This document shows positions 9,511 through 19,850 of a stretch of 56,624 nt of DNA, in pieces. Both the position numbers and the translations under genes were made by a program. The notes beneath the pieces were generated by a model that did no database searches, had not been told where the DNA came from, and was given only the letters and a program-made list of their open reading frames with translations. This stretch comes from a virus (Duplodnaviria; Caudoviricetes), in the IMG/VR virus record IMGVR_UViG_3300032250_000366, positions 1 to 56,624 of that record; one strand, given 5' to 3'. Position 1 is the stretch's first letter. Every line of letters starts with the position of its first letter.

Positions 9511-9719
9511 TGTGCGCTATGTGTGGATGCAACTCAGAAGCCTTTATGGGCGTAGAGATGCCAAATCAAAATGTGTATGACGTTGGCCCAGGTCAGCTTT
9601 CATCACCAATGATGTTCGGTACAGACTCAATGAACTCACTTGGATCATCAGAAGAATTTCGTGGTTCTAATCTTGAGGTACAAGAACATTTAATGGAATC
9701 AGAAGAGGATATGAACTAA
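9510..9719 (+). CDS. small MCxxCGC protein
   Basis: ORF track; TAATG coupling. Confidence 0.6.
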   Translation: MCAMCGCNSEAFMGVEMPNQNVYDVGPGQLSSPMMFGTDSMNSLGSSEEFRGSNLEVQEHLMESEEDMN

Positions 9720-9907
9720 TGTCAATGGATGGAACAGGCACAACTCCTCCTCCTAATGGAGCAGCAGCAGGTGCAGTAACAAGTCGTGAAGCAACAAAGA
9801 AGCACCCAAGACAAGGTCTTAAAACTGATATAAATAGACATGGCATACGTCGTGAACTTAATACAACGCCAAGACCGCCTAAAAAAACTGGGCGCAAGAA
9901 AATATAA
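9719..9907 (+). CDS. small basic protein
   Basis: ORF track; TAATG coupling. Confidence 0.6.
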   Translation: MSMDGTGTTPPPNGAAAGAVTSREATKKHPRQGLKTDINRHGIRRELNTTPRPPKKTGRKKI

Positions 9908-9996
9908 TGTGTAAGGATTGTGGTGCATGCTCTAAGGAGCATGCACCTACAATCGATGATTCGGTAGATAAAATTTTAGATTTACCTTTTATTTAA
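9907..9996 (+). CDS. 29-aa MCKDCGAC peptide
   Basis: TAATG coupling; MCKDCGACSKEHAPTIDDSVDKILDLPFI. Confidence 0.45.
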   Translation: MCKDCGACSKEHAPTIDDSVDKILDLPFI

Positions 9997-10017
9997 TTTT
10001 TATTAAGGCTTGGGGTT

Positions 10018-10242
10018 ATGGAAAAATTTAGAAAGCTTTTAGATAATGCATATACATTCCTGCCTAAAATGTATCAGGGGGTTGAAGTCCCAGAATATGA
10101 TAAAGCAGTAGACCTAACCGTTCATACTAAAGCACCTGGGAAATGGCTTTTAATTGATTTAGAAACTGGACAAGAATACATTGGCAGTAAAGATCCAAAT
10201 AAATATGGTAAATGGATGAGGCTAAAGGATAAAGATGCATAG
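10018..10242 (+). CDS. hypothetical protein
   Basis: ORF track. Confidence 0.65.
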   Translation: MEKFRKLLDNAYTFLPKMYQGVEVPEYDKAVDLTVHTKAPGKWLLIDLETGQEYIGSKDPNKYGKWMRLKDKDA

Positions 10243-11056
10243 TAAAAGACTTTATTTTTTACATGTGCCTAAGACGGCTGGCAAAAGTCTAACCTCTGAA
10301 TTAAAGTCAGAGCTTAATAAAAATAATATTTCCCATTATATGAGTACGCAATATCCAAATGACTACCCAATATCTAATGAAACTTATATCTCTGGGCACT
10401 TTGGTACTTATCCAATAGAAAAGTTTCCAGGAATATCTGTGTCATGTTTAGTTAGAAATCCAATAGAAGCCAGAGTTTCTTACTTTAATTTTATTCATGG
10501 CAGAAACGATTTAGATACACCAAAATATCGAGCTATTGAAAGCTACATAGACAAGCTAAGGTACTATTTGTTTGAAGATGAAGGTTTTTTTGCACATAAC
10601 AATTATCAGTCTAGGCATATATGTAACCCAACTGATGAAGTAGTGTTCCAAAATGTTTTAGAGTTTGAAAAAAATATAGATGAAATTTACCGTAAGCATA
10701 ACTTTGAGCTTGGTACAGCATTCAACTGGTTTATTAAAAACGATAACACGTCTTTTGAAAATGCAAAGAAGCGTATAGAATCGTTTGATATTGTAAACAC
10801 AGTAGACTCAATTGACTTGCACTTTGCTGCTATATCAAAATGGTTTAGAGATAATAATAATATAGAAATAAAGCTTGATCCAAAAAAAATTACAAACTCA
10901 TCTAATACGTTATACAAAGGGAAGATCTATACTACAAAGTCCCTTATTGAAATGTTAAGTGAAAAAGATAAAGAAAAAATATTAGAGAATAACAACATAG
11001 ACTATAAAATATACTCTATGGTAAGAGAAAAGGAAACTAATGAAAAGCAAGGCTGA
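10235..11056 (+). CDS. sulfotransferase-family protein
   Basis: FLHVPKTAGKS 5'-PSB loop, SGHF, LVRNPIEARVSYF 3'-PB motif. Confidence 0.75.
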   Translation: MHSKRLYFLHVPKTAGKSLTSELKSELNKNNISHYMSTQYPNDYPISNETYISGHFGTYPIEKFPGISVSCLVRNPIEARVSYFNFIHGRNDLDTPKYRAIESYIDKLRYYLFEDEGFFAHNNYQSRHICNPTDEVVFQNVLEFEKNIDEIYRKHNFELGTAFNWFIKNDNTSFENAKKRIESFDIVNTVDSIDLHFAAISKWFRDNNNIEIKLDPKKITNSSNTLYKGKIYTTKSLIEMLSEKDKEKILENNNIDYKIYSMVREKETNEKQG

Positions 11057-12191
11057 CATGAACTTTAACTTTAACTTAGTGTCCTCATTTGATGTAGATT
11101 CATTAGTAGACAGGGTTAACAACTTTTCTAACGAGTGGGAAATTGATACATCTAGACAGAGTACTGTATATGAAGGCAGGCCAAACCCGCATGTCAATAC
11201 TCACACATACATAATACAAAACTCCTCTTTGTACTGGGAGCGTGGTACTTTATTTTCAAAAGATCTAGTAGATCAAGGGTTTTATGATTTGCTAAAAGAT
11301 ATCATAAAAGAATTAGAAGATAGAATGATTGGACAATCAGCAAGAATACTTCTAATTAAACTAGATGCCAACAGCCAGGTATTTACCCACAAGGATAGTG
11401 GGGACTATTTGTCTAGTGTAAGACGCTTTCATATCCCATTAATAACTAACGATAATGTTTACTATACAGTAGGCGGGGAAGAAATTAATATGGAGAAGGG
11501 CAAATGTTATGAAATCAACAACTTAAAGTTGCACAGCGTGAATAACAATAGTGAGAATGACAGAGTCCATCTTTTAATAGACATAATGCCAGAGGCTGAG
11601 ATAAAAACAATTAAAAATGCCCGTAAAGATTTAAGGGTTAAGGTAATAAACAACTTTGTGGATCAAGAGGATGCGGATACCCTTGTTAAGTATATACAAG
11701 ATAACCACTTGGATGAAAAAAGATTCCTTAGAGCACAGAAGGCAGTAGATGCTAATAGAATTAGATACGAGTCACATATTCCAGAAAAACATGAATTTTC
11801 TAGCCATCCAGATGTAATACACCTATTCAAAAAATATTCAGATAAGTTTTTACTTGAATGCAAAGATTTTTTTAAAGATGAAGAAGATCTTTATTTAGGC
11901 GCACAGTGGCTAACGATGCTGGGAGAAGGAACAAGGCTTCCAGGGCATGTAGATAATCATGAAGAGGCTGAGCATTTGTTTAGAAGTGGTGTAATGTACT
12001 TAAACGACGATTTTGATGGAGGGTACCTAAAGTTCTTAAATGAAGATCTAACCATCAAGCCAGAGAAGTTAAGCCTAGTGATATTCGAGTCTACACAGCT
12101 TCATCAAATAACAACAGTCTTGTCTGGCATTAGGATTGCAATGCCAATATGGGCAACAAATATAAAGGAAAAGGGGATAACACATGGATAA
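11040..12191 (+). CDS. two-domain 2OG-Fe(II) oxygenase (Asp/Asn beta-hydroxylase-like plus prolyl-4-hydroxylase-like)
   Basis: N-domain HKD...RFHIPLITN...H...RVHLLID; C-domain HVD...YLNDDFDGG...H...R. Confidence 0.8.
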   Translation: MKSKADMNFNFNLVSSFDVDSLVDRVNNFSNEWEIDTSRQSTVYEGRPNPHVNTHTYIIQNSSLYWERGTLFSKDLVDQGFYDLLKDIIKELEDRMIGQSARILLIKLDANSQVFTHKDSGDYLSSVRRFHIPLITNDNVYYTVGGEEINMEKGKCYEINNLKLHSVNNNSENDRVHLLIDIMPEAEIKTIKNARKDLRVKVINNFVDQEDADTLVKYIQDNHLDEKRFLRAQKAVDANRIRYESHIPEKHEFSSHPDVIHLFKKYSDKFLLECKDFFKDEEDLYLGAQWLTMLGEGTRLPGHVDNHEEAEHLFRSGVMYLNDDFDGGYLKFLNEDLTIKPEKLSLVIFESTQLHQITTVLSGIRIAMPIWATNIKEKGITHG

Positions 12192-12843
12192 GCTAAAAAC
12201 AATTGAAGGTTTTATAAACCAAGAGGATGCTGATTTTTTTATAAAGTGGATAGATGAAAACTACCCAGATAAGACTAAGTTCAGACACAGACTTGGCGTA
12301 GCTTTTAATAAGGGTCTTGCAGTTAGAGCAGTATTCCCAGATGAAAAACCAGCAACTCTTTTTAAAGACATAGAAGAAATTTGCATGAAGTATGCAAATA
12401 AATTTATGGATGCACAAAATGCGTTTCTCCCAACAGATGAAACTCAATACTTTTATGGATTTTCATTAACAAGATTAACTAAAGATATTCAATTAAGAAT
12501 ACACCAAGATGTACATGGAGACTTTCCGTCTTTATCATATAGTGGAGTTTTGTATCTTAACGACGACTATGAAGGTGGGGAAGCAACATTCTTGGAAGAG
12601 TTTACTCCAGAATCATTTTTCCCTTTATACGAAGACTCTATGGGCGGCCTCTGCTTTAAGCCCAAGGCTCTAGATTTATCACTATTCCCTTCTAGCTTAT
12701 GGCATGGTGGTAAAAGAATTACAGACGGAGTAAAGTACGCAATAATTTTTTGGGCAACATCAGATGAAACAAAAGCCTTTGAAGGATTTGATTCTGATCG
12801 TGTTCTAGAATTAATTAATTACAAGCCAGTAGCTCCAGAATAG
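12184..12843 (+). CDS. 2OG-Fe(II) oxygenase, P4H-like
   Basis: HQD...LYLNDDYEGGE...WHGG...KY. Confidence 0.85.
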   Translation: MDKLKTIEGFINQEDADFFIKWIDENYPDKTKFRHRLGVAFNKGLAVRAVFPDEKPATLFKDIEEICMKYANKFMDAQNAFLPTDETQYFYGFSLTRLTKDIQLRIHQDVHGDFPSLSYSGVLYLNDDYEGGEATFLEEFTPESFFPLYEDSMGGLCFKPKALDLSLFPSSLWHGGKRITDGVKYAIIFWATSDETKAFEGFDSDRVLELINYKPVAPE

Positions 12844-12846
12844 TCC

Positions 12847-12875
12847 TTGACGAAACAGCTACTAAATACTATAAT
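12847..12875 (+). promoter_or_regulatory. sigma70-type promoter for tRNA-Asn/tRNA-Lys/katG unit
   Basis: TTGACG-N17-TATAAT. Confidence 0.75.
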
Positions 12876-12885
12876 TGTATTATAG

Positions 12886-12958
12886 TGCCCCATAGCTCAG
12901 CTGGTAGAGCGCCAAACTGTTAATTTGGATGTCCCTGGATCGAGACCAGGTGGGGCAG
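12886..12958 (+). tRNA. tRNA-Asn(GUU)
   Basis: Acceptor TGCCCCA/TGGGGCA; CCAAA-CTGTTAA-TTTGG. Confidence 0.92.
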
Positions 12959-12959
12959 C

Positions 12960-13032
12960 GTTCCTATAGCTCAGCTGGTAGAGCAGCAGACTTTTAATCT
13001 GCGGGTCGATGGTTCGATACCATCTGGGGACA
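12960..13032 (+). tRNA. tRNA-Lys(UUU)
   Basis: Acceptor GTTCCTA/TGGGGAC; GCAGA-CTTTTAA-TCTGC; GGTTCGA T-loop. Confidence 0.93.
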
Positions 13033-13067
13033 CTAATAAATGTAACACCAAACAGAAAGAGAAAAAA

Positions 13068-15161
13068 ATGAGCGAAGCAAAGTGTCCAGTTACTGGACAT
13101 TCATCTAATTCAAGTGCCACAACAAATGAATACTGGTGGCCTAACAAACTAAATCTATCAGCATTAAGAAAGCATTCAGAAAAATCTGACCCAATGTCAC
13201 AAGAATTTGATTATTCGGAAGCATTTAATAGCTTGGATCTCGATGCAGTTAAGCTTGACATCAACACTCTTTTGACGACATCACAAGAGTGGTGGCCAGC
13301 CGATTACGGTAACTATGGACCATTCTTTATTCGTATGGCATGGCACTCTGCAGGAACATACAGGATTTCTGATGGACGTGGCGGTGCTGGAGAAGGACTA
13401 CATAGATTTGCTCCACAAAATTCATGGCCAGATAACGGCAATTTGGATAAGGCACGTCGCTTGCTCTGGCCAATTAAGCAAAAGTACGGCAAGAAAATTT
13501 CATGGGCAGACCTAATGATTCTTGCAGGTAACGTTGCTCTTGAGAACATGGGCTTCAAGACATTTGGCTTTGCTGGTGGTCGTGAAGATGTATGGGAATC
13601 AGATGATACATACTGGGGTACAGAGAAAGAATGGCTTGCTGATAACCGTTATAGCGGAGACCGTGAGCTAGAAAACCCTCTGGCTGCAGTACAAATGGGT
13701 TTGATTTATGTGAACCCAGAAGGACCTAATGGAAATCCTGATCCACTTCTTTCTGCACGAGACATTCGTGAGACATTTGCCCGTATGGCGATGAATGATG
13801 AAGAGACTGTTGCACTTATTGCAGGTGGACACGCATTTGGTAAGGCACATGGTGCTGGAGATCCTTCGCATGTTGGCCCAAATCCAGAGGCTTCCCCTAC
13901 AGAAGATGTTGGATTGGGATGGAAGAATTCATTTGGCAAAGGAAATGCTGAAGACACAATTACAAGTGGTATTGAAGGTGCATGGACTGCAACCCCTACA
14001 AAGTGGGACAACTCATATCTTAAGCTATTGTTTAAGTATGACTGGGTACAAACAAAATCTCCTGCTGGGGCAACACAATGGATTCCAACAGATGAATCTG
14101 CTTCTAGCCTAGTGCCAGATGCACATATTGAAGGCAAGTTCCATGCTCCAGTAATGACTACAGCAGATCTAGCATTAAGGTTTGATCCAGAGTATGAAAA
14201 GATTTCACGCAGATTCCTTGAAGACTTTGATTATTTCTCCGATGCATTTGCTCGTGCTTGGTTTAAGTTAACCCATAGAGATATGGGGCCAATTGCAAGA
14301 TACTTAGGCAAGGAAGTTCCTTCTGAGGAACTTATTTGGCAAGACCCTATTGGTAGCCCTACTAGAGATACTTTCACCCAAGAAGAAGCTGATATCATTA
14401 AAGAAAAGATAATTGCTTCTGGTCTATCTATTTATGACATGGTGACTACTGCTTGGGCTTCTGCCTCCACCTTTAGAAAAACAGATAAGCGTGGCGGTGC
14501 AAATGGTGCAAGAATCGCATTAGCTCCTCAAAACTCTTGGAATGTTAATGACCAAGATGCTATTAATAGGGTGATAAATGTATTAAACCCTATAAAATCT
14601 GAGTTTAACGTTTCTCTTGCAGACTTAATTGTTTTTGCTGGAGCAATAGGTATTCAAAATGCAGCACTAAATTCAGGAATTGATTTAGAAATGAACACTA
14701 AATTTGTTCGTGGCGATGCAACGCAAGATCAGACAGATATCGACTCTTTTGCTGTACTTGAGCCTAAATTTGATGCATTTAGAAACTACATTGACCCTAG
14801 TATATCCGCTAGAGCAGAAGTATTGCTGGTGGAAAAGTCTAGCCTACTTGGATTAACTCCAGTAGAGATGGTTGTATTGCTATCTGGAATGAGAATGTTG
14901 ACCAGTAATACATTAAGTAACGATGCAACTGAAGCAACTCGCTTAGATAACAGCTATCTTTCCTATCTACTCTCATTTGTTAGCGCAAAGCAAGCATCTG
15001 GGGTACCTGTAGTAGACTTAGTTCTTGCCTCTAACTCAGAGTTAAGAGCTATTGCTGAAGTTTATGCTTCAGATGATGCTAAAGAAAAGTTTGTAAAGGA
15101 TTTTGCATCTGCATGGACAAAGGTTATGAATGCAGATTTATTTATTAAGGAGAAAAGATAA
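13068..15161 (+). CDS. katG: catalase-peroxidase
   Basis: CPV N-terminus, [18 protein letters not shown] (distal R/W/H), [10 protein letters not shown] (adduct Tyr), [11 protein letters not shown] (adduct Met), [10 protein letters not shown] (proximal His). Confidence 0.97.
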   Translation: MSEAKCPVTGHSSNSSATTNEYWWPNKLNLSALRKHSEKSDPMSQEFDYSEAFNSLDLDAVKLDINTLLTTSQEWWPADYGNYGPFFIRMAWHSAGTYRISDGRGGAGEGLHRFAPQNSWPDNGNLDKARRLLWPIKQKYGKKISWADLMILAGNVALENMGFKTFGFAGGREDVWESDDTYWGTEKEWLADNRYSGDRELENPLAAVQMGLIYVNPEGPNGNPDPLLSARDIRETFARMAMNDEETVALIAGGHAFGKAHGAGDPSHVGPNPEASPTEDVGLGWKNSFGKGNAEDTITSGIEGAWTATPTKWDNSYLKLLFKYDWVQTKSPAGATQWIPTDESASSLVPDAHIEGKFHAPVMTTADLALRFDPEYEKISRRFLEDFDYFSDAFARAWFKLTHRDMGPIARYLGKEVPSEELIWQDPIGSPTRDTFTQEEADIIKEKIIASGLSIYDMVTTAWASASTFRKTDKRGGANGARIALAPQNSWNVNDQDAINRVINVLNPIKSEFNVSLADLIVFAGAIGIQNAALNSGIDLEMNTKFVRGDATQDQTDIDSFAVLEPKFDAFRNYIDPSISARAEVLLVEKSSLLGLTPVEMVVLLSGMRMLTSNTLSNDATEATRLDNSYLSYLLSFVSAKQASGVPVVDLVLASNSELRAIAEVYASDDAKEKFVKDFASAWTKVMNADLFIKEKR

Positions 15162-15296
15162 ATGAGAAGCGCTTTGTTTTATTTGCTACACTCAACAGCA
15201 ATTGCTGGATTAATGATTGGCTCTTATGCTTACGGTTTTAAGCAGGCTGCCAGCAATGCAAAGGATAAAGCTTTTAGCTTTATCAAACGTAATTGA
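15162..15296 (+). CDS. small membrane protein (44 aa)
   Basis: AAGGAG SD; MRSALFYLLHSTAIAGLMIGSYAYGFKQ... Confidence 0.55.
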   Translation: MRSALFYLLHSTAIAGLMIGSYAYGFKQAASNAKDKAFSFIKRN

Positions 15297-15301
15297 TATA
15301 T

Positions 15302-15328
15302 GTCCTGAGTATGACTTAAAACTGCTCA
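15302..15328 (+). ncRNA. small H-type pseudoknot motif, copy 1
   Basis: GTC-C-TGAGTA-T-GAC-TTAAAAC-TGCTCA; P1 covaries across three copies. Confidence 0.6.
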
Positions 15329-15368
15329 GCTTATTGACATCTACTGCTAGAAATGAGATAATTAGTTA

Positions 15369-15839
15369 ATGATAAAAAGACCAGCATGGATATTCGATGT
15401 TGATGGCACACTTGTAGATGTAGAACCAATCCTGCATATTCTTCTTAATCAAGATAGATCAAGTGAATCTTTTAAGAAGAATTATGACGCTTTCCATAAA
15501 GCTTCAGTTAATTGTGACCCACACAAAGAAGTTGTTGACATGGTCTGGGAAGTTTGTAATGAATTAGATATTATAATTGTTACAGCAAGAAAAGAAAAGT
15601 ATAGAGGTTTAACGGCTAGGTGGCTAAAGAATAATAATGTTCCTCATGATGCTTTATTTATGAGACAAGATGATGATCATAGAGAAGACTATGAGGTAAA
15701 AAAAGATATTCTTGAGCACATAGCGGTATACTGGGACATAAAGCATGCGGTAGACGACAACCCAAACATCATCAGGCTTTGGGAAGAAAATGGAATTCCA
15801 ACCACCAAAATAGGAACATGGGACGGGGTTAAAAGATGA
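15369..15839 (+). CDS. HAD phosphatase (T4 PseT 3'-phosphatase-like domain)
   Basis: IFDVDGTL, VTAR, LFMR...D-x-R-x-D-x2-VK, VDD motifs. Confidence 0.85.
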   Translation: MIKRPAWIFDVDGTLVDVEPILHILLNQDRSSESFKKNYDAFHKASVNCDPHKEVVDMVWEVCNELDIIIVTARKEKYRGLTARWLKNNNVPHDALFMRQDDDHREDYEVKKDILEHIAVYWDIKHAVDDNPNIIRLWEENGIPTTKIGTWDGVKR

Positions 15840-16381
15840 TAATTGGACTATCTGGATATGCTAGATCTGGCAAAGATACGGCAGCAGACCGATTAGTTGA
15901 ACAACACATGTTCACTAGATACTCTTTTGCAGCACCAATGAAAGAAGCTATGTATAAGCTAAACCCTATAGTTCATTCAGACAAAATAGGAAACTTTAGA
16001 TACAAAGATCTAGTAGATAGTTACGGGCTAGACTCAGCTAAAGACTCTTATGCTGAAATACGTAGGCTTCTGCAAGTTTTTGGGACAGAGGTTGGCAGAG
16101 AGATGTTTGGCAATAATTTTTGGGTAGACCTAACACTAAATAGCATCAAAGAAGATAATGTCGTTATCAGTGATGTTAGATTTAAGAATGAGGCTGATGC
16201 AATTAGATCAGCTGGTGGGCAAGTCTGGAGAATAAATAGGGATGGCGTTGGGCCAGTAACAGACCATGCTTCTGAGGTAGACTTAGATTCGTATAACTTT
16301 GATCATATTATTGATAATGATTATAGTGTGGTAGACTTAAATAACATAGTAGATATGTTATTGGAGAAGCAAAATGTTTAA
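15836..16381 (+). CDS. deoxynucleoside monophosphate kinase
   Basis: IIGLSGYARSGKDT P-loop, RRLLQVFGTEVGR, ISDVRFKNE, HASE. Confidence 0.9.
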   Translation: MIIGLSGYARSGKDTAADRLVEQHMFTRYSFAAPMKEAMYKLNPIVHSDKIGNFRYKDLVDSYGLDSAKDSYAEIRRLLQVFGTEVGREMFGNNFWVDLTLNSIKEDNVVISDVRFKNEADAIRSAGGQVWRINRDGVGPVTDHASEVDLDSYNFDHIIDNDYSVVDLNNIVDMLLEKQNV

Positions 16382-16494
16382 GAAATTGATTTGTAAGGTA
16401 AAAAGTCATAGCTTTGAAAAAGCAGGCTCATGCCCATTTACTGGTAAATCTTACAATATGTGCAAACGATGCTATCAGATGATTGAGGTAAATT

Positions 16495-17070
16495 ATGAAT
16501 AAAGTAATTAATAAAAAAAATGGTATATGGGAATGGCATGACGTTCTAGAAAGTCCAACTGCTTTAATTGATGGAATAGAAGATCATAGGTGGGAATACT
16601 ACACTAATAAAGGTGGAGGAGAGACAATAATCGGTAGAGCATCTATACTGCATAAAGGTGAAGAATTCCACGCAAAAGCAACTAAAGCCTTCCTGGACTG
16701 CGTATCAGAATATTCTTCATGCAACGGATTAAGCTTTAATGATGATAACGTTGGCACAGATTGGCTTCTGGTTCGAGAATATAATACTGGATCTAAGATG
16801 TCTGCTCACAATGATGCCTATAGCTATGTAAAGAAAGATGGGAATCCAGTAAAACCATCTTTGACAGCAATACTGTATTTGAATGATGATTATACTGGTG
16901 GAGAAATTGATTTTATACATGATGATGTAAAAATAAAACCTAAAGCTGGATCTATGGTAGTTTTCCCAAGCAATAAACAGCATGAGGTTTTAGAAATATT
17001 AAGTGGAAACAGGTATATGACTCAGACGTATGTCTACGAAAATCCAGTTTCTTTTTACGATAAAGACTAA
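16495..17070 (+). CDS. 2OG-Fe(II) oxygenase, P4H-like
   Basis: HND...LYLNDDYTGGE...HEV...RY. Confidence 0.85.
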   Translation: MNKVINKKNGIWEWHDVLESPTALIDGIEDHRWEYYTNKGGGETIIGRASILHKGEEFHAKATKAFLDCVSEYSSCNGLSFNDDNVGTDWLLVREYNTGSKMSAHNDAYSYVKKDGNPVKPSLTAILYLNDDYTGGEIDFIHDDVKIKPKAGSMVVFPSNKQHEVLEILSGNRYMTQTYVYENPVSFYDKD

Positions 17071-17215
17071 ATCTGATATAATATAGATATGAAAACTAAT
17101 ATACCTCCATGCTTTTATTGTCCAGAAGACAGTAAGTATTCAGAACCAGAACCAAAAACTGGTAAAGTCATAGACGTATGTGATAAGCATTTCCATTTAA
17201 AGTACATGGGATAAA

Positions 17216-17440
17216 ATGGCTTACAGCAGGTTCTGGGATAGCGATATTTATATCTATTCCCATATAGATGGCTATGTCTGCTGTGCAGCCTGCTGGCTAT
17301 CATCTGAAGCTGAATCTGAAGTAATAAAAGACGACCAACATCTTTTTGAACACATAAAAGATCATTTTAGGGCGGGGCATGATATTCCAGAGATGTTGTA
17401 TTATGAAATAATAATGGACGATGATAGATACAGCCATTGA
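17216..17440 (+). CDS. hypothetical Cys/His protein
   Basis: MAYSRF...CCAAC...H. Confidence 0.6.
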   Translation: MAYSRFWDSDIYIYSHIDGYVCCAACWLSSEAESEVIKDDQHLFEHIKDHFRAGHDIPEMLYYEIIMDDDRYSH

Positions 17441-17505
17441 CAAAGCGGCTATTAAATAGTATTATTTGTATATAAGGCGATTTGCCACCACAATAAGGAG
17501 TTATT

Positions 17506-17967
17506 ATGTCAGTATATGATTATAGTTTTACAGATAACAATGGTAATAAAGTTGAGCTATCACAATTTAAAGATGATATCTTGCTGCTAGTAAATGTTGC
17601 CAGCAATTGTGGTTTTACTACACATTACGAAGGGCTTCAGGCTTTACATAAGAAGTACGCCGATAAAGGTTTAGTCGTAATAGGATTTCCGTGTAATCAA
17701 TTTAACGGCCAAGAGCCTGGAACAGATGCGGAGATTAAAGAATTTTGTCAAACAAGATACGGCGTAGACTTTTTAATGTCAACAAAAATTGATGTCAATG
17801 GAGAGGAAGCACACCCATTATTTAAATACCTGTTGTCTAAGTGTGAAGTAGATACAGTACCATGGAACTTTACAAAGTTTGTTGTCAAAAATAATGAGGT
17901 GGTCATGTCTGCTCCACACATTACCCCAGAAGAAGTTGATGCAGATTTATCAAAAATTTTAGAGTAG
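17506..17967 (+). CDS. glutathione peroxidase family protein (Cys type)
   Basis: VNVASNCGFT, GFPCNQF...QEPG, WNFTKF; upstream TTGACA-N17-TATTAT and AAGGAG. Confidence 0.93.
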   Translation: MSVYDYSFTDNNGNKVELSQFKDDILLLVNVASNCGFTTHYEGLQALHKKYADKGLVVIGFPCNQFNGQEPGTDAEIKEFCQTRYGVDFLMSTKIDVNGEEAHPLFKYLLSKCEVDTVPWNFTKFVVKNNEVVMSAPHITPEEVDADLSKILE

Positions 17968-17974
17968 CATTAAA

Positions 17975-18607
17975 TTGTCAAAGCATACAATAAAGTATGA
18001 GTCTATCGGGCACGAATCCATTGCTCCAGCTAAAAAATTCATACCAGATTGGTATAGGGTTGGCAATTTTGATAGCTTAAAAAGCTGCATGCCTTTCTTA
18101 GATTCATTTTTAACTGGCTATATCATAAGTTTGCCTTACGACCTACATGTAAGGCTTAATGGTGATACGCCAGAGATAAAACTATCAGACGGAACCATAT
18201 ACAATGGATCAGTTAGAGATATAGAAAGCAAAAATCTAGTACCATTTAGTCATTATGATGTAGAGTTTGCATGGGATTTATGTACTGCTATCACTATCCC
18301 TTCTGGATCTAGCATACTATTTACTCATCCACTCAACAGGCACGATTTGCCATTCACAACATTAAGTGCAGTTGTAGACGGTGAATTTACATTGATTCCT
18401 CACGGAGCAATACCATTCTACATAAAAAGTGGGTTTGAAGGAGTTATAGAGGCTGGGACACCAATAGCACAGATAATCCCATTTAGACAAGATTCATGGA
18501 AAGCAGAAATAGATGAGGGATTGTTTGAAAGCTCAAAAAAGAATCGTAGGTCGATGCCAAAAGATTGGTACAAGAAAAGCTCATGGAAAAGGAAAAGCTA
18601 TGAATAG
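17975..18607 (+). CDS. hypothetical protein, DUF6065/dUTPase-like fold
   Basis: IPDWY...KSCMPFLD...HPLNR...GTPIAQIIPF pattern. Confidence 0.6.
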   Translation: MSKHTIKYESIGHESIAPAKKFIPDWYRVGNFDSLKSCMPFLDSFLTGYIISLPYDLHVRLNGDTPEIKLSDGTIYNGSVRDIESKNLVPFSHYDVEFAWDLCTAITIPSGSSILFTHPLNRHDLPFTTLSAVVDGEFTLIPHGAIPFYIKSGFEGVIEAGTPIAQIIPFRQDSWKAEIDEGLFESSKKNRRSMPKDWYKKSSWKRKSYE

Positions 18608-18903
18608 TTTGGCGGTTGTAATATGAAAGAGCCTAAGATCATGAAGATGGACTGGCGGCCATTAGGTTATTGGCCCGTATATATAGATGGCAAGCTTACA
18701 TGGGAAAAGGAAAATAATGAACGAACAGCAGTTTGATGATGAGTTTAATTTAGATGCTTTAACGCAGTTAATTGTCGATAAGGCAAAAGCAGATGTAAAG
18801 GCCCGTTATGGGAATAAGAAAAGACACAGACAGTGAAGAATGATGGGCAAAATAAAATAATTAGTTGTATAATTGATGGATAGGTACACAAGGGGATAAT
18901 TAA

Positions 18904-19569
18904 ATGAATGCAATAAAGATGGCAGAAGAAATTTGGTATTTTGAAGATGCTTTAGATGACGCAGAAGAAGTCCTAGAGCTTGTTACTGACTGGGATAGTA
19001 CGCCTAATCAAGACTACATGCTTATGTCTAGAGTAAACACAAAATCATATTTAGATGCTACAGATGATGCAATTTTTAAATGCCTGGACGTATGGTATAA
19101 AAACCATATAAACATAAGTGCTGAAAAATATAAAATTGCTCAGCACACTTTTATACATAAAAGAGGTCCTGGTGGTGGCTATGGCCCTCACACGGACTTT
19201 ATAGCTATGCCAGATGGCACCTATGAGCAAGTAACTGCTACCATACTTGCCTACCTTTATGATCCAGATAGCTTTGAAGGAGGAGAAATATTTTTCCCAG
19301 ACTATGATGTTACTATTAAGCCAAAGAAAGGCAGCGTTGTGATTTTTGGCCATAAGGTAAAGCATGGGGTAAATGATGTCATATCTGGTGAGAGGTCTTT
19401 GGCAAGCGTATTCCTAGTTAAAGATAAATATTTTTATAAAGATATGGGTGCGGCTGACCCAAAAAATCCTACGGAAGAAGAAGTAAGGTCATTTGCATTG
19501 ATTGCTCCACAGTATGAGGTCAAGAATGCGAATGCAGATATTCTAGAATCAAATAAGGATGTTGACTAA
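18904..19569 (+). CDS. 2OG-Fe(II) oxygenase, P4H-like
   Basis: HTD...AYL...FEGGEIFF...HGV...ER. Confidence 0.85.
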   Translation: MNAIKMAEEIWYFEDALDDAEEVLELVTDWDSTPNQDYMLMSRVNTKSYLDATDDAIFKCLDVWYKNHINISAEKYKIAQHTFIHKRGPGGGYGPHTDFIAMPDGTYEQVTATILAYLYDPDSFEGGEIFFPDYDVTIKPKKGSVVIFGHKVKHGVNDVISGERSLASVFLVKDKYFYKDMGAADPKNPTEEEVRSFALIAPQYEVKNANADILESNKDVD

Positions 19570-19571
19570 GA

Positions 19572-19850
19572 ATGATCAATTGGTTAGTTAATCGTATATT
19601 TAGGTGGGATTCTCTGAGACACGCCATATTTGATGAAGTAAGGCTTTATCAGTCTATTGATAGAGGGATGTGGGAGATAGAGAATCTAAACCCAACTAAC
19701 CTAACATGGTCTGAAGGCGATAGATGGTACGGATGGACATACAATAGTAAGGCCAAGCGTTATTACTTTGATGATATTGGTAATGAATCATTGATGGGTT
19801 TATGGGAAGATCAATGGCTTATGGAAGCTGATGAATCAGCACTAAAATGA
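19572..19850 (+). CDS. hypothetical Trp-rich protein
   Basis: ORF track. Confidence 0.6.
   Translation: MINWLVNRIFRWDSLRHAIFDEVRLYQSIDRGMWEIENLNPTNLTWSEGDRWYGWTYNSKAKRYYFDDIGNESLMGLWEDQWLMEADESALK

Noticed and set aside
17507-17528. TGTCAG-N10-TAGTTT on + strand matching the PafBC-type pattern
   Set aside because: It is the first codons of the glutathione peroxidase gene with no gene start downstream; likely chance. TGTCAG at 27515, 32080 and 33020 are likewise Met/Val-Ser start codons without a -10 at N10
17506-17967. Selenocysteine glutathione peroxidase
   Set aside because: Active-site codon is TGT (Cys); no in-frame TGA
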